Shown here piece after piece: positions 8,737 to 17,249 of a DNA stretch of 64,000 nucleotides. A model generated the notes under the pieces. That model did no database searches and was not told the origin of the DNA. It saw only the letters and a list, made by a program, of their open reading frames with translations. The stretch comes from Patescibacteria group bacterium (GTDB lineage Bacteria > Patescibacteriota > Microgenomatia > UBA1400 > CG1-02-47-37), in assembly GCA_038065055.1 (NCBI GenBank), contig JBBTRT010000002.1:9038-73037 (forward strand). The letters run 5' to 3'. The position numbers and the translations under genes are program-made. The number at the start of each line of letters is the position of its first letter. Position 1 is the stretch's first letter.

Positions 8737-9513
8737 TTAAAAATTATCATTAATTTTTTTAATTTGGTTTTGAAAAAATATCCAGCCGAAAATTAATACC
8801 AAAATTGCCGATATTAAAGCATAGCTTACCAGCCGCCAGTCAAACACCTGCCCAGTGATTAAAACTGCCTGGGATTGGGTGATAATTACCGCTATTGGAT
8901 TTAATAAAAATATCGTTTGATATTTATCCGGCACAAAACTAAGCGGATAAATGATCGGGCTTAAATACAAAAGTAATTGCAATAAAACTTCCCAAATAGA
9001 CAGCAAATCTTTCAGTTTGGTGTAGACAATGCTCAGGAAAAAATTCAAGCCAATAATTAAAATTGTCAAAATCAGCACTAATAATAAAAAATAAGGCAGG
9101 TTAAGCAATTGTCCATCCGGGCGAACCCAAAACCAAAAACCTAAAAAGGCTAAAAAGCCAAAAAAGAAACTGATAAACGAATTAACTACCGAAGTCAGGA
9201 TGGCGATTGATTTGGGAAAGTTTACTTTAAGAATAATGTTCGACTTTTCCGCCAAACAGGTAATGCCCCGTAGCGTCGCTTCGCTAAAATAAGAATAAAG
9301 CAGTAATCCCAAGAGTAAATTTAAAGGGTACAGCCTATCTTGAATTTTAAAAGCTAAAGAAAAAACCGCTACTAAAATAGAAAAGATTAAAAATGGCTTT
9401 AATAATACCCAAATAAACCCCAGGATAGAATTATGATAACGCAGGATAAAATCGGTCCGCACCAATTCATAAAACAAATCCCAATTATTCCCTCTGAATT
9501 TTGGCTTACTCAT
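8737..9513 (-). CDS. ABC-2 type transporter permease (Wzm/TagG-like)
   Basis: ILRYHNSILGFIWVLLKPF block plus 6 hydrophobic segments. The ORF extends to 9579, but ATG at 9513 (MSKPKFRGN...) lies 7 nt downstream of a TATAAT box and avoids overlapping the divergent gene. Confidence 0.8.
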   Translation of the reverse strand: MSKPKFRGNNWDLFYELVRTDFILRYHNSILGFIWVLLKPFLIFSILVAVFSLAFKIQDRLYPLNLLLGLLLYSYFSEATLRGITCLAEKSNIILKVNFPKSIAILTSVVNSFISFFFGFLAFLGFWFWVRPDGQLLNLPYFLLLVLILTILIIGLNFFLSIVYTKLKDLLSIWEVLLQLLLYLSPIIYPLSFVPDKYQTIFLLNPIAVIITQSQAVLITGQVFDWRLVSYALISAILVLIFGWIFFQNQIKKINDNF

Positions 9514-9520
9514 TAATGGT

Positions 9521-9528
9521 ATTATACT
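9521..9528. promoter_or_regulatory. overlapping divergent -10 boxes (ATTATACT)
   Basis: TATAAT on the - strand at 9526..9521 (7 nt before ATG 9513). TATACT on the + strand at 9523..9528 (6 nt before ATG 9535). Confidence 0.4.
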
Positions 9529-9534
9529 AGAACA

Positions 9535-10236
9535 ATGAAGCAGGCAGTTAAAGTGCGCCAATACTGGGAAAATTTGCAAAATCTTTCCATGCCGGATAAA
9601 AATATATTAGGGCTGGAAATTCAGGCAATTAAAAAATTGCTGGGACCAGGACTGCTGCTGGATGTTGGCTGCGGCGACGGCGAAGCCACAAAAGCATACA
9701 GCCAAGTGAAAAATTTAAAGACAACGGGCATTGATTATTCGGCTGAGCGGCTAAAACTTGCCAGAAAAAATTACCCGGGAATAAAATTTATCATTGCCGA
9801 TCTGACCAAAAAATTGCCGCCGCAAAAATATGATTATATTGTTTCGCAAAGATTTTTAATCAACCTGGAAAGTTGGGCGCAGCAAAAACAAATGATTGCT
9901 AAGCTGTTAAGCTGTTTGAAACCCAAAGGCAAATTAATTTTGTGCGAGGGCAGTCAACAGGGAGCCAGGAAGTTAGACGATTTCAGGGCAAAATTTAAAT
10001 TAGCCCCTATTTCTGTCCGCTGGCATAATGTTTTTCTGGATGATCAAAAATTGACCAGGCTCGGATTTAAATTAATTGGCGGCTTTGGCGGATATTTTTT
10101 ATTAACCCGGGGAGTCCGGCCTTATTTTGACCAGGATTTAAACTGGAATTGCCGATTTAACCGTTTAGCGGCCAAGATTAATTTACCGCATGATTTTTCA
10201 AGATTAAAAATTTGGCAATATGAAGCCAAGAATTAA
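9535..10236 (+). CDS. class I SAM-dependent methyltransferase
   Basis: Motif I LLLDVGCGDGEAT, then YDYIVSQRFLINL. Confidence 0.75.
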   Translation: MKQAVKVRQYWENLQNLSMPDKNILGLEIQAIKKLLGPGLLLDVGCGDGEATKAYSQVKNLKTTGIDYSAERLKLARKNYPGIKFIIADLTKKLPPQKYDYIVSQRFLINLESWAQQKQMIAKLLSCLKPKGKLILCEGSQQGARKLDDFRAKFKLAPISVRWHNVFLDDQKLTRLGFKLIGGFGGYFLLTRGVRPYFDQDLNWNCRFNRLAAKINLPHDFSRLKIWQYEAKN

Positions 10237-11353
10237 CCCGTTACCGAAAAATAAGCTGGGCTTGGGCATTCCCTATATTACCAGCGATGAATTAACGGCC
10301 GCCGGCAGGATAATAAAAAGCGGTTGGCTAAGCTTGGGGCAGGAAACAGAAAAATTTGAACAGGCGATGGCGAAATACGCGGGGGCTAAATACGCGGTGG
10401 CCACTAACAGCGGTACGGCGGCATTACATCTGTCCGTAATTGCTTCCGGGATTAAGGCGGGCGATGAAGTCATTACGACCCCGTTTACTTTTGTGGCCTC
10501 AACCAACTGTATTTTATATGAAAAAGCCAAACCGATATTCGCGGATATTGACCCGGCAACTTTAAATCTGGATGTTAAACAAATAGAGGCAAAAATTACC
10601 GCTAAAACTAAGGCAATTTTAGCGGTCGATGTTTTCGGTTATCCGGCAGAATGGCAGACAATCATAAAAATTTGCCAAAAACATAATTTGGCCATTATTG
10701 AGGACGCGGCCGAAGCGTTGGGGGCTAAATACCAGAAGAAAAAATTAGGCAGTTTAAACCATTTAGCCGTCTTTGGGTTTTTCCCCAACAAACAGATGAC
10801 TACCGGCGAAGGCGGAATCGTGACCACCAATAATAAAAAACAATATGAGCTGATGAAGCGCTTGGCAAACCAAGGCCATCGGGCCGGCCAAGACCAACAG
10901 GATTATCATTACTTGGGCTATAACTACCGGATCACGGAAATCTCCGCGGCTTTAGGGAATGAGCAGTTAAAAAAAATTGACTGGTTTCTGGCCAGCCGCC
11001 GCCAAATAGCCGGCTGGTATGACGAACAACTGGCTAATATTCCCGGCATTAATTTATTAAAACCAAACGACCCTGACCATCAGCGAAGCTGGTTTGTGTA
11101 CGTGATTCTTTTAGATAAAACAATTAACCGGCGTAAAATAGCGGCTAAATTATCCCGCTTCGGGGTACCGGTAAAAACTTATTTTCCCTCCCTGCATCTG
11201 CAGCCGTATCTTAAATCACTTAATTACCAGCGAGGCGATTTTCCGGTCAGCGAAGCGGTTTCTCAAGCAACTTTGGCGTTACCATTTTATACTAGCATGA
11301 GCCAAAAAACAGTTATTTCCGCGTGCAATCAATTAAAAGAAGCCTTAAAGTAA
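10220..11353 (+). CDS. DegT/DnrJ/EryC1-family sugar aminotransferase
   Basis: NSGTAALHL, DEVITTPFTFVASTN and FGFFPNKQMTTGEGG (Lys present). Close paralog of 36033..37145, roughly 60 percent identity by eye. Confidence 0.85.
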   Translation: MKPRINPLPKNKLGLGIPYITSDELTAAGRIIKSGWLSLGQETEKFEQAMAKYAGAKYAVATNSGTAALHLSVIASGIKAGDEVITTPFTFVASTNCILYEKAKPIFADIDPATLNLDVKQIEAKITAKTKAILAVDVFGYPAEWQTIIKICQKHNLAIIEDAAEALGAKYQKKKLGSLNHLAVFGFFPNKQMTTGEGGIVTTNNKKQYELMKRLANQGHRAGQDQQDYHYLGYNYRITEISAALGNEQLKKIDWFLASRRQIAGWYDEQLANIPGINLLKPNDPDHQRSWFVYVILLDKTINRRKIAAKLSRFGVPVKTYFPSLHLQPYLKSLNYQRGDFPVSEAVSQATLALPFYTSMSQKTVISACNQLKEALK

Positions 11354-11354
11354 T

Positions 11355-13142
11355 ATGTGCGGCATTTGCGGCAGATTAAACTTTAACGACCGGCCTGTCC
11401 AACCGGATGAGCTGGAGCAAATGTGTAAAGAGATTAAGCATCGCGGCCCGGACGACCAGGGTATTTGGCTAAAAGGCCCGGTTGGTTTAGGCAGCCGCAG
11501 ACTGTCGATTATTGATTTAAGCCCAGCCGGGCACCAACCGATCAGTAATGAAACCAAAACCGTGTGGATAGTCTTTAACGGCGAGATTTACAATTTTCAG
11601 GCGTTAAGATCCAGATTAATTAAAAACGGGCATAAATTTAGTTCTAAAACAGACACGGAAATTGTTGTGCACTTATGGGAAGAGTATGGCGTAAACTGTG
11701 TTAAATATTTGCGGGGCATGTTTGCCTTGGCGCTTTGGGACGAGAGGGAAAAAAGCTTATTTTTAGCCCGGGACCGGGTGGGGAAAAAACCGTTAAAGTA
11801 TTATTTGGATAAGCAGAAAATAATTTTTGCTTCGGAATTAAAAGCCATTTTAACAGATAAAACGATTAAACGAACCCCTGATTTGCAGGCAATCGACCAT
11901 TTTTTCAGCTTGGAGGCGGTACCGGCGCCGTTAACCGGATTTCAAGGGATTAAAAAATTACCGGCGGCGTCTTACTTATTGATAAAAAATAACCAGGTAA
12001 TTATAAAAAAATATTGGCAAGTAGAATTTTTACCTAAGACTAAACTGGCCGAGCCGGAATTGAAAACCAGTATTTTAAATCAATTAACCGAATCGGTCAG
12101 GTTACGGTTAATTTCTGATGTGCCGGTGGGAGCATTTTTGTCCGGGGGAGTCGATTCTTCGGCGGTGGTGGCATTAATGAGTCGCCTGGGCCAAAAGCAG
12201 ATCAAGACTTTTTCCGTTGGTTTTGAAGACAAAAAATACAGCGAATTGCCTTATGCCAGGATGGTGGCGAAAAAGTTTAAAACCAATCATCAGGAAATTA
12301 TTTTAACCCCTAAGCATTGGAGTTTATTACCCAAATTGGCTGAAGCTTATGAAGAACCTTACGGCGATCCGTCAGCTTTGCCGACTTTTTTAGTCAGCCA
12401 ACTGGCTGCCAAAACAGTCAAGGTGGTGTTAAACGGCGACGGCGGCGATGAAAACTTTGCCGGTTACCAGCGCTACCTGAAATTCGTCTGGCTAAACCCG
12501 CTGGGACGCTTGTTTCCGTGGTTAAATTCCGGCCCGACAATTTATCCGACTGCCTACCTGAGCCTAACCGCTCCCCAAAACTTTAAAAAATCCTTGTATC
12601 AACCGCAATTTTGGAACAATATTAACCCGTTGGCAACAAAAACTTTATTTCAAAAACAACAGTTGAAAAATCTACAACCGCTCGATAATGTGTTGAAAAC
12701 AGATATTAACCTATATTTAAGCCAAGTGCTTTTACCCAAAGTAGACATTGCCTCGATGGCCAACAGTTTAGAGGTCCGCTCGCCGTTTTTAGACCAGGAA
12801 TTAATGCAGTTTTGCGCCAAAATCCCGGGAAAATATAAGTTAAAACACGGCGAAGGAAAGTATATTTTAAAAAAGGCCCTGGAGGGAATTTTACCCCGGG
12901 AAATTATTTACCGGCCTAAAATGGGTTTTGGTTTTCCCTTGGGAATTTGGCTGAGAAACCAATGGCAAAAACCGGTTAAAAACCTACTTCTTGATCCTAA
13001 AGCCAAATATAGAAAATTTTTAAGACCGGCAACGGTTGAGCCAATGATTAATCAGCCTTTAAGCGGAGAGCACCTTGACCGCAGGCTGTGGCGGGTGATA
13101 ATGCTGGAATACTGGCTGCAACATTATTTTCCAAAACTGTAA
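11355..13142 (+). CDS. asnB: asparagine synthase (glutamine-hydrolysing) family amidotransferase
   Basis: N-terminal MCGICG (Cys2 Ntn nucleophile) and PP-loop AFLSGGVDSS. 595 aa. Confidence 0.85.
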   Translation: MCGICGRLNFNDRPVQPDELEQMCKEIKHRGPDDQGIWLKGPVGLGSRRLSIIDLSPAGHQPISNETKTVWIVFNGEIYNFQALRSRLIKNGHKFSSKTDTEIVVHLWEEYGVNCVKYLRGMFALALWDEREKSLFLARDRVGKKPLKYYLDKQKIIFASELKAILTDKTIKRTPDLQAIDHFFSLEAVPAPLTGFQGIKKLPAASYLLIKNNQVIIKKYWQVEFLPKTKLAEPELKTSILNQLTESVRLRLISDVPVGAFLSGGVDSSAVVALMSRLGQKQIKTFSVGFEDKKYSELPYARMVAKKFKTNHQEIILTPKHWSLLPKLAEAYEEPYGDPSALPTFLVSQLAAKTVKVVLNGDGGDENFAGYQRYLKFVWLNPLGRLFPWLNSGPTIYPTAYLSLTAPQNFKKSLYQPQFWNNINPLATKTLFQKQQLKNLQPLDNVLKTDINLYLSQVLLPKVDIASMANSLEVRSPFLDQELMQFCAKIPGKYKLKHGEGKYILKKALEGILPREIIYRPKMGFGFPLGIWLRNQWQKPVKNLLLDPKAKYRKFLRPATVEPMINQPLSGEHLDRRLWRVIMLEYWLQHYFPKL

Positions 13143-14476
13143 ATTTCCACCCCGAAGTTATCCAAACCGCTGCCGGCCAAATGATTAAAATTGGTTTGAA
13201 TATAGTTAAGCACCGGTGCTTGGAGGTAGCCAATTTTTTCCTGCTCCCAAACCACAAAACCAGAGCCGGAAAATTGAGGATAAGGAGTTTTTTTAAGATC
13301 AATCACTTCCGTGCCTTGCGGTAAAGATTGCAAATAATAATCCCGTAACTGGATGGCATATAATTTATCACCGGGCTGATATCGATTAATGATGGATTGA
13401 TAGGCGGATCGAATTTGCGCCCGGCCGTCACGGCCAAAATATAAATAGTTAATCCCCAACCCAAATTGAATTATAACAATCAAAGACACAGCGAAAGTGA
13501 GCCAGCGGCGCCAATGAAGCAGAGGCCATAAAAGCAAAGGCCACAAAGCAATTACGTAGGCTGCCCCCGGCGCCGGCAGGGTGAAAAAAATTAAAACAGT
13601 TAGATAAACAGTGATAATCGCCAGTAAATAAGTTTGCCGCCTGATTAACATTGCAATTATAGCGGCCGCGGGCCACCAGCTTAAATATTGCCAATGAGGC
13701 GGTAAAGCCAAACCCAAAAAATAACGGTGAAAAAAATCAGCGCCGGAATATTTACCGACGATTATGACTAATCCCAACCCAACCGAAAGCCACCAAAACC
13801 AACTACGGGACTTAAATAAAGAATAAGCATAAATACCGATCAGCACTACTAAAGTTAAAGATTGAAGCCAAAAGGCTAAAACAGTCACAATAGCGGTGGC
13901 TAAAAGCAGCCAAGAAAAAGCCGGTTTGGCGGCCAGCAAACGGCGCCATAAATAAATTGCCAGCAAAATTACTACCATGAATAAGGAATACATCCGGGCA
14001 TTGCGGCTAAGATCAATTAAAGGAAAAGCTATTGTTAGTAGAAAACTGAAAAGCAGGCTTTGGCTAAACAAAAAACCCACCGGCACTAACAAGGCGCCGG
14101 CAATCGCCCCGGGCAAGCGGGTTGTAAATTCGGATAAGCCAAAAATTTGGTAAAAACCGGCTACTGTCAGCAAGTGCGGCCAGGCCCGGTTAAAATTAAC
14201 CGCCGTGGGCCGGTCGGAGATAAAATCCCAAAGATAAATTTGAGTAATTAAATTGGGAACAGTTTCGTTATTTTGCAACAAGGGAAAAATAAAATTAGCT
14301 ATTTTTTTGGCTTGACAATTATCCGGAGATTGCCGGCAAAAATTCTGGTAGGCGGCGGCTTTAACCGTCAGAAATTCGTCTTCTTTAAAATCTGCTGTTC
14401 CTAACCGATAAACTCTTAGACCAAAGGCCAAAAGAGTTAAAAACCCAAGAATAATTACTTTTTTTTGAGTTGCCAT
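13124..14476 (-). CDS. GT-C-like membrane glycosyltransferase (family 39/ArnT-PMT type)
   Basis: First-loop motif RVYRLGTADFKEDEF, followed by many TM segments and a C-terminal soluble domain of about 100 aa. The ORF extends to 14527, but MATQKKVIILGF at 14476 is the more plausible start. Confidence 0.55.
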   Translation of the reverse strand: MATQKKVIILGFLTLLAFGLRVYRLGTADFKEDEFLTVKAAAYQNFCRQSPDNCQAKKIANFIFPLLQNNETVPNLITQIYLWDFISDRPTAVNFNRAWPHLLTVAGFYQIFGLSEFTTRLPGAIAGALLVPVGFLFSQSLLFSFLLTIAFPLIDLSRNARMYSLFMVVILLAIYLWRRLLAAKPAFSWLLLATAIVTVLAFWLQSLTLVVLIGIYAYSLFKSRSWFWWLSVGLGLVIIVGKYSGADFFHRYFLGLALPPHWQYLSWWPAAAIIAMLIRRQTYLLAIITVYLTVLIFFTLPAPGAAYVIALWPLLLWPLLHWRRWLTFAVSLIVIIQFGLGINYLYFGRDGRAQIRSAYQSIINRYQPGDKLYAIQLRDYYLQSLPQGTEVIDLKKTPYPQFSGSGFVVWEQEKIGYLQAPVLNYIQTNFNHLAGSGLDNFGVEIYSFGK

Positions 14477-15885
14477 ATTAATACCAAAACACTGAATAAA
14501 GAAATCAAACCAGCCAAATAACGCCACCAGGTGGGTAAAAATTTAGCTGCAATTTGGTGATCGCCAGGGGGCACGGCAAAAGTAATCAAGCCATTAACAC
14601 CGGGTTTAATGGCAACTTTTTGGCCATCAACGGTTACCTGCCAGCCAGGGTAATAAAGCGTATTAAGCTGATCTTTAGACTTAACATAATCAACTTCTTT
14701 AACCCAAATCGGGAGATATTCATTCCAACCGGCAGCGACGCCGGTGTAATTGTCAAAAAATGCCTGATCGTAAAACCTGACTTCATTAATCCGCAGGTGA
14801 TTGCGGTTACCGTATAAAGCTAAACCAATTAATAAGGCTGCTGCCAGGTAGCGCAAGAATTTTGACTGAATCATTTTGACAGCCAGCGCGCCGCTTATGG
14901 CCGCGGTAAAGACCGCTAAAGACAAAAACCGCCAGGGAGTTGAAACCTGCTGCAGAAGCGTCGGTAAGTCCCAAATAAATTTTGATTGGGGCAACATTAA
15001 AAATATGCTTAAGCTAAAAACTAATAAATAAGGCCACAACTTGCGCCAAAAAAACAGGCTTAAAACGATAGCCAGCCATTGGGCAATACCTACCTGCTGA
15101 GACAAAGAATTATCACCCCAACCAGGGGCGTTAGTCCCCCACTGGGAATACAATAGGCGGGAAAAAGGAACAAAGTCATTGACATAACCATGGCTGACAA
15201 AGTCTTTAAAATGAGTGTAGGGCAGTTCCAAGTTGGCCGGCAAAAAATACCAAGCGGATAAGCCCAAGGCAAGCAAGATGCTAAATAAGAACCGGCGGTA
15301 AGCGGTTCGATTTTGCAGAAAAACCAACAACAAAAGCGGTCCGAAAATAACTAGCTTTCCCGGATGAGATAAGATCCACAGGCTTAAAAAAATTGACGCT
15401 CCCAACCATTTTTTTTGTTTGACGGCCCAAAAAAACCAAGGAATAAAAGCATAGGCAACTACTACTCCAAGAGAGCCGGTAATAAAAATTTTAACAAACA
15501 TATAAGGAGCAAAACCCCATAAAATCGCGCCGACCAAACCGGACAAAAAATACATCCCGACCACGCTGGAAAAATAAGCCAAAACCAAAGTCAGCTTAAG
15601 ACTGACGGCAAAATCAGCGCCAAGCAAATGAAAACTTTCCGCGATGAAATAAGGCAGAGGGTAAGCAAAGATAAAAAGCGGGTAGCCGCGGCCGGCATAT
15701 AAATCCGGCGCCCAGGCAGGGGGAAATTGGCCCGACCGCAAAACTTTATCAAACTGCCAGAGCCGGACAATATGGGCCTGGGAATCGTGGCCGTCATAAA
15801 ATCCCGGCCCCCAAAAAGTCCGCATGGCCACTAAGCTTAAAAACAGCAATAAAAGCAATTGCCAAAGATGTTTTTTTATTGCCAT
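14455..15885 (-). CDS. polytopic membrane protein, YfhO-like GT-C candidate
   Basis: N-terminal FYDGHDSQAHIVRLWQF. C-terminal YYPGWQVTVDGQKVAIKPGVNGLITFAVPPGDHQIAAKF plus a final TM helix, a module I recognise from YfhO-type proteins. No HMM was run. Confidence 0.5.
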   Translation of the reverse strand: MAIKKHLWQLLLLLFLSLVAMRTFWGPGFYDGHDSQAHIVRLWQFDKVLRSGQFPPAWAPDLYAGRGYPLFIFAYPLPYFIAESFHLLGADFAVSLKLTLVLAYFSSVVGMYFLSGLVGAILWGFAPYMFVKIFITGSLGVVVAYAFIPWFFWAVKQKKWLGASIFLSLWILSHPGKLVIFGPLLLLVFLQNRTAYRRFLFSILLALGLSAWYFLPANLELPYTHFKDFVSHGYVNDFVPFSRLLYSQWGTNAPGWGDNSLSQQVGIAQWLAIVLSLFFWRKLWPYLLVFSLSIFLMLPQSKFIWDLPTLLQQVSTPWRFLSLAVFTAAISGALAVKMIQSKFLRYLAAALLIGLALYGNRNHLRINEVRFYDQAFFDNYTGVAAGWNEYLPIWVKEVDYVKSKDQLNTLYYPGWQVTVDGQKVAIKPGVNGLITFAVPPGDHQIAAKFLPTWWRYLAGLISLFSVLVLIWQLKKK

Positions 15886-17249
15886 ACATTGCCGAAGTAT
15901 TGAAAGACCGTCAATAAACCGATCAAGTTTAATAATAAACTCAAGCCTATTAAGACCGGGGCTAAAAATCTCTCACTCAACCATTGCTTTAAGCCAAAAA
16001 CCAAAATAATCATTTGGGCCAGAATGGCCGGGAAAAGATACCGGCCCTGAATGCCGTAAATATCACCGCTGGAAATAAAAACTTTAAAATCATTAGCTAC
16101 AATTACTCCTGCTTGCAGCAGCAGAAAACCCCATAACCAGCCATAATTGCCACTCCTGTCTTTAAACCACCATTTTACCCAACCCAATAAACTGAATAGC
16201 AATAATAGCTTCAAAAGAATAAAAACCCAGGCAGGCAAACTGATTTCCAGCCAACCGAATGTGCCCCAATACCAGGGGAAAACCTGGGCCCAATGAATGG
16301 CGGCGGTTACCTGAAAGTAATGAATCAACTGGGCCAGTAATTGGCCGCTGAAAATACCGGTAACCACAAATTTGGCCATGGAAGTGTATTCGTTTAAGTT
16401 AGTGATATAGAGCAAGCGATCGAAATAGCCAACCGTCATAGCGGCAATGGCAGCGCTTAACGGCCCGGCTAACCAAGCCAATAATAGTAATAAACCAAAA
16501 GCGATTAAAACAAACAGCCAACGCTGCTTCCCGGTAAATTTTAACCATAACCAAAAAACCAACAAGAAAATCAAATCCGGTTTGACTAAAATACCGGCAA
16601 GAGCGGCAAATAAACTTAACCACCATCGCTTAGCGATAATCCAGTAAATAAAAACCGTGGCGAGTAAAATGGCTAAAGGATCGTAGTGGACGCCAACCGA
16701 TAAAAAGCTCAGCATTGGCTGGAAGGCCACTAAGCCGGAAACGGTTAAACCGAGCCAAAAAGACTTAAAAATTTTCTTGGCAGCAAGGTAAGCCAGCCAA
16801 ACGGTTAATAAATGTAAAACAACACTCAATAATCTGACTGCAAAAAACCGAGCCAAAAAGGTATGGCCACCCAGCCAATAAACTGGCGCGGCCAAATAGT
16901 AATACAGCGGCGGCCGCTTGAGTGAAGTTTGCCAGATGTTTTCCGTGAATTGCTGCCTTGAATCGGAAGTTAAAGTTTTGAGCTGACTTAACCAGCCGGT
17001 ATCGTAGCCGTGCCACATCGGATGATTGATCTGCCAATTAAAATTAACAATTTTCGCCGCTTCAATCACTTCCGAAGGTGTAACCTGTTCCCGGCGGGGA
17101 TGGGGCCGACGGCCGTGCTCAGCCACAAATTCAACAATGGAAAAATGAGACGGTTCATCGGGAATTTGAAAAATCGGCACCAGCAACAGCCAAACCAGGC
17201 TTTTGAGTAAAACTAGACTAAAGAAAATGACGATTAATTTAGCGCGCAT
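15876..17249 (-). CDS. DUF2142-like polytopic membrane protein (GT-C candidate)
   Basis: N-terminal TM helix followed by FQIPDEPSHF (P-D-E-x-x-H), then at least 10 hydrophobic segments. Paralog pattern is shared with 17239..18783. Confidence 0.5.
   Translation of the reverse strand: MRAKLIVIFFSLVLLKSLVWLLLVPIFQIPDEPSHFSIVEFVAEHGRRPHPRREQVTPSEVIEAAKIVNFNWQINHPMWHGYDTGWLSQLKTLTSDSRQQFTENIWQTSLKRPPLYYYLAAPVYWLGGHTFLARFFAVRLLSVVLHLLTVWLAYLAAKKIFKSFWLGLTVSGLVAFQPMLSFLSVGVHYDPLAILLATVFIYWIIAKRWWLSLFAALAGILVKPDLIFLLVFWLWLKFTGKQRWLFVLIAFGLLLLLAWLAGPLSAAIAAMTVGYFDRLLYITNLNEYTSMAKFVVTGIFSGQLLAQLIHYFQVTAAIHWAQVFPWYWGTFGWLEISLPAWVFILLKLLLLFSLLGWVKWWFKDRSGNYGWLWGFLLLQAGVIVANDFKVFISSGDIYGIQGRYLFPAILAQMIILVFGLKQWLSERFLAPVLIGLSLLLNLIGLLTVFQYFGNVWQ

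Noticed and set aside
9514-9579. 22-codon N-terminal extension of the ABC-2 permease ORF (MQIFPVLAHFNC...)
   Set aside because: It would overlap the divergent methyltransferase start and swallow the shared promoter. The ATG at 9513 sits 7 nt from a TATAAT box and gives a typical Wzm N-terminus.
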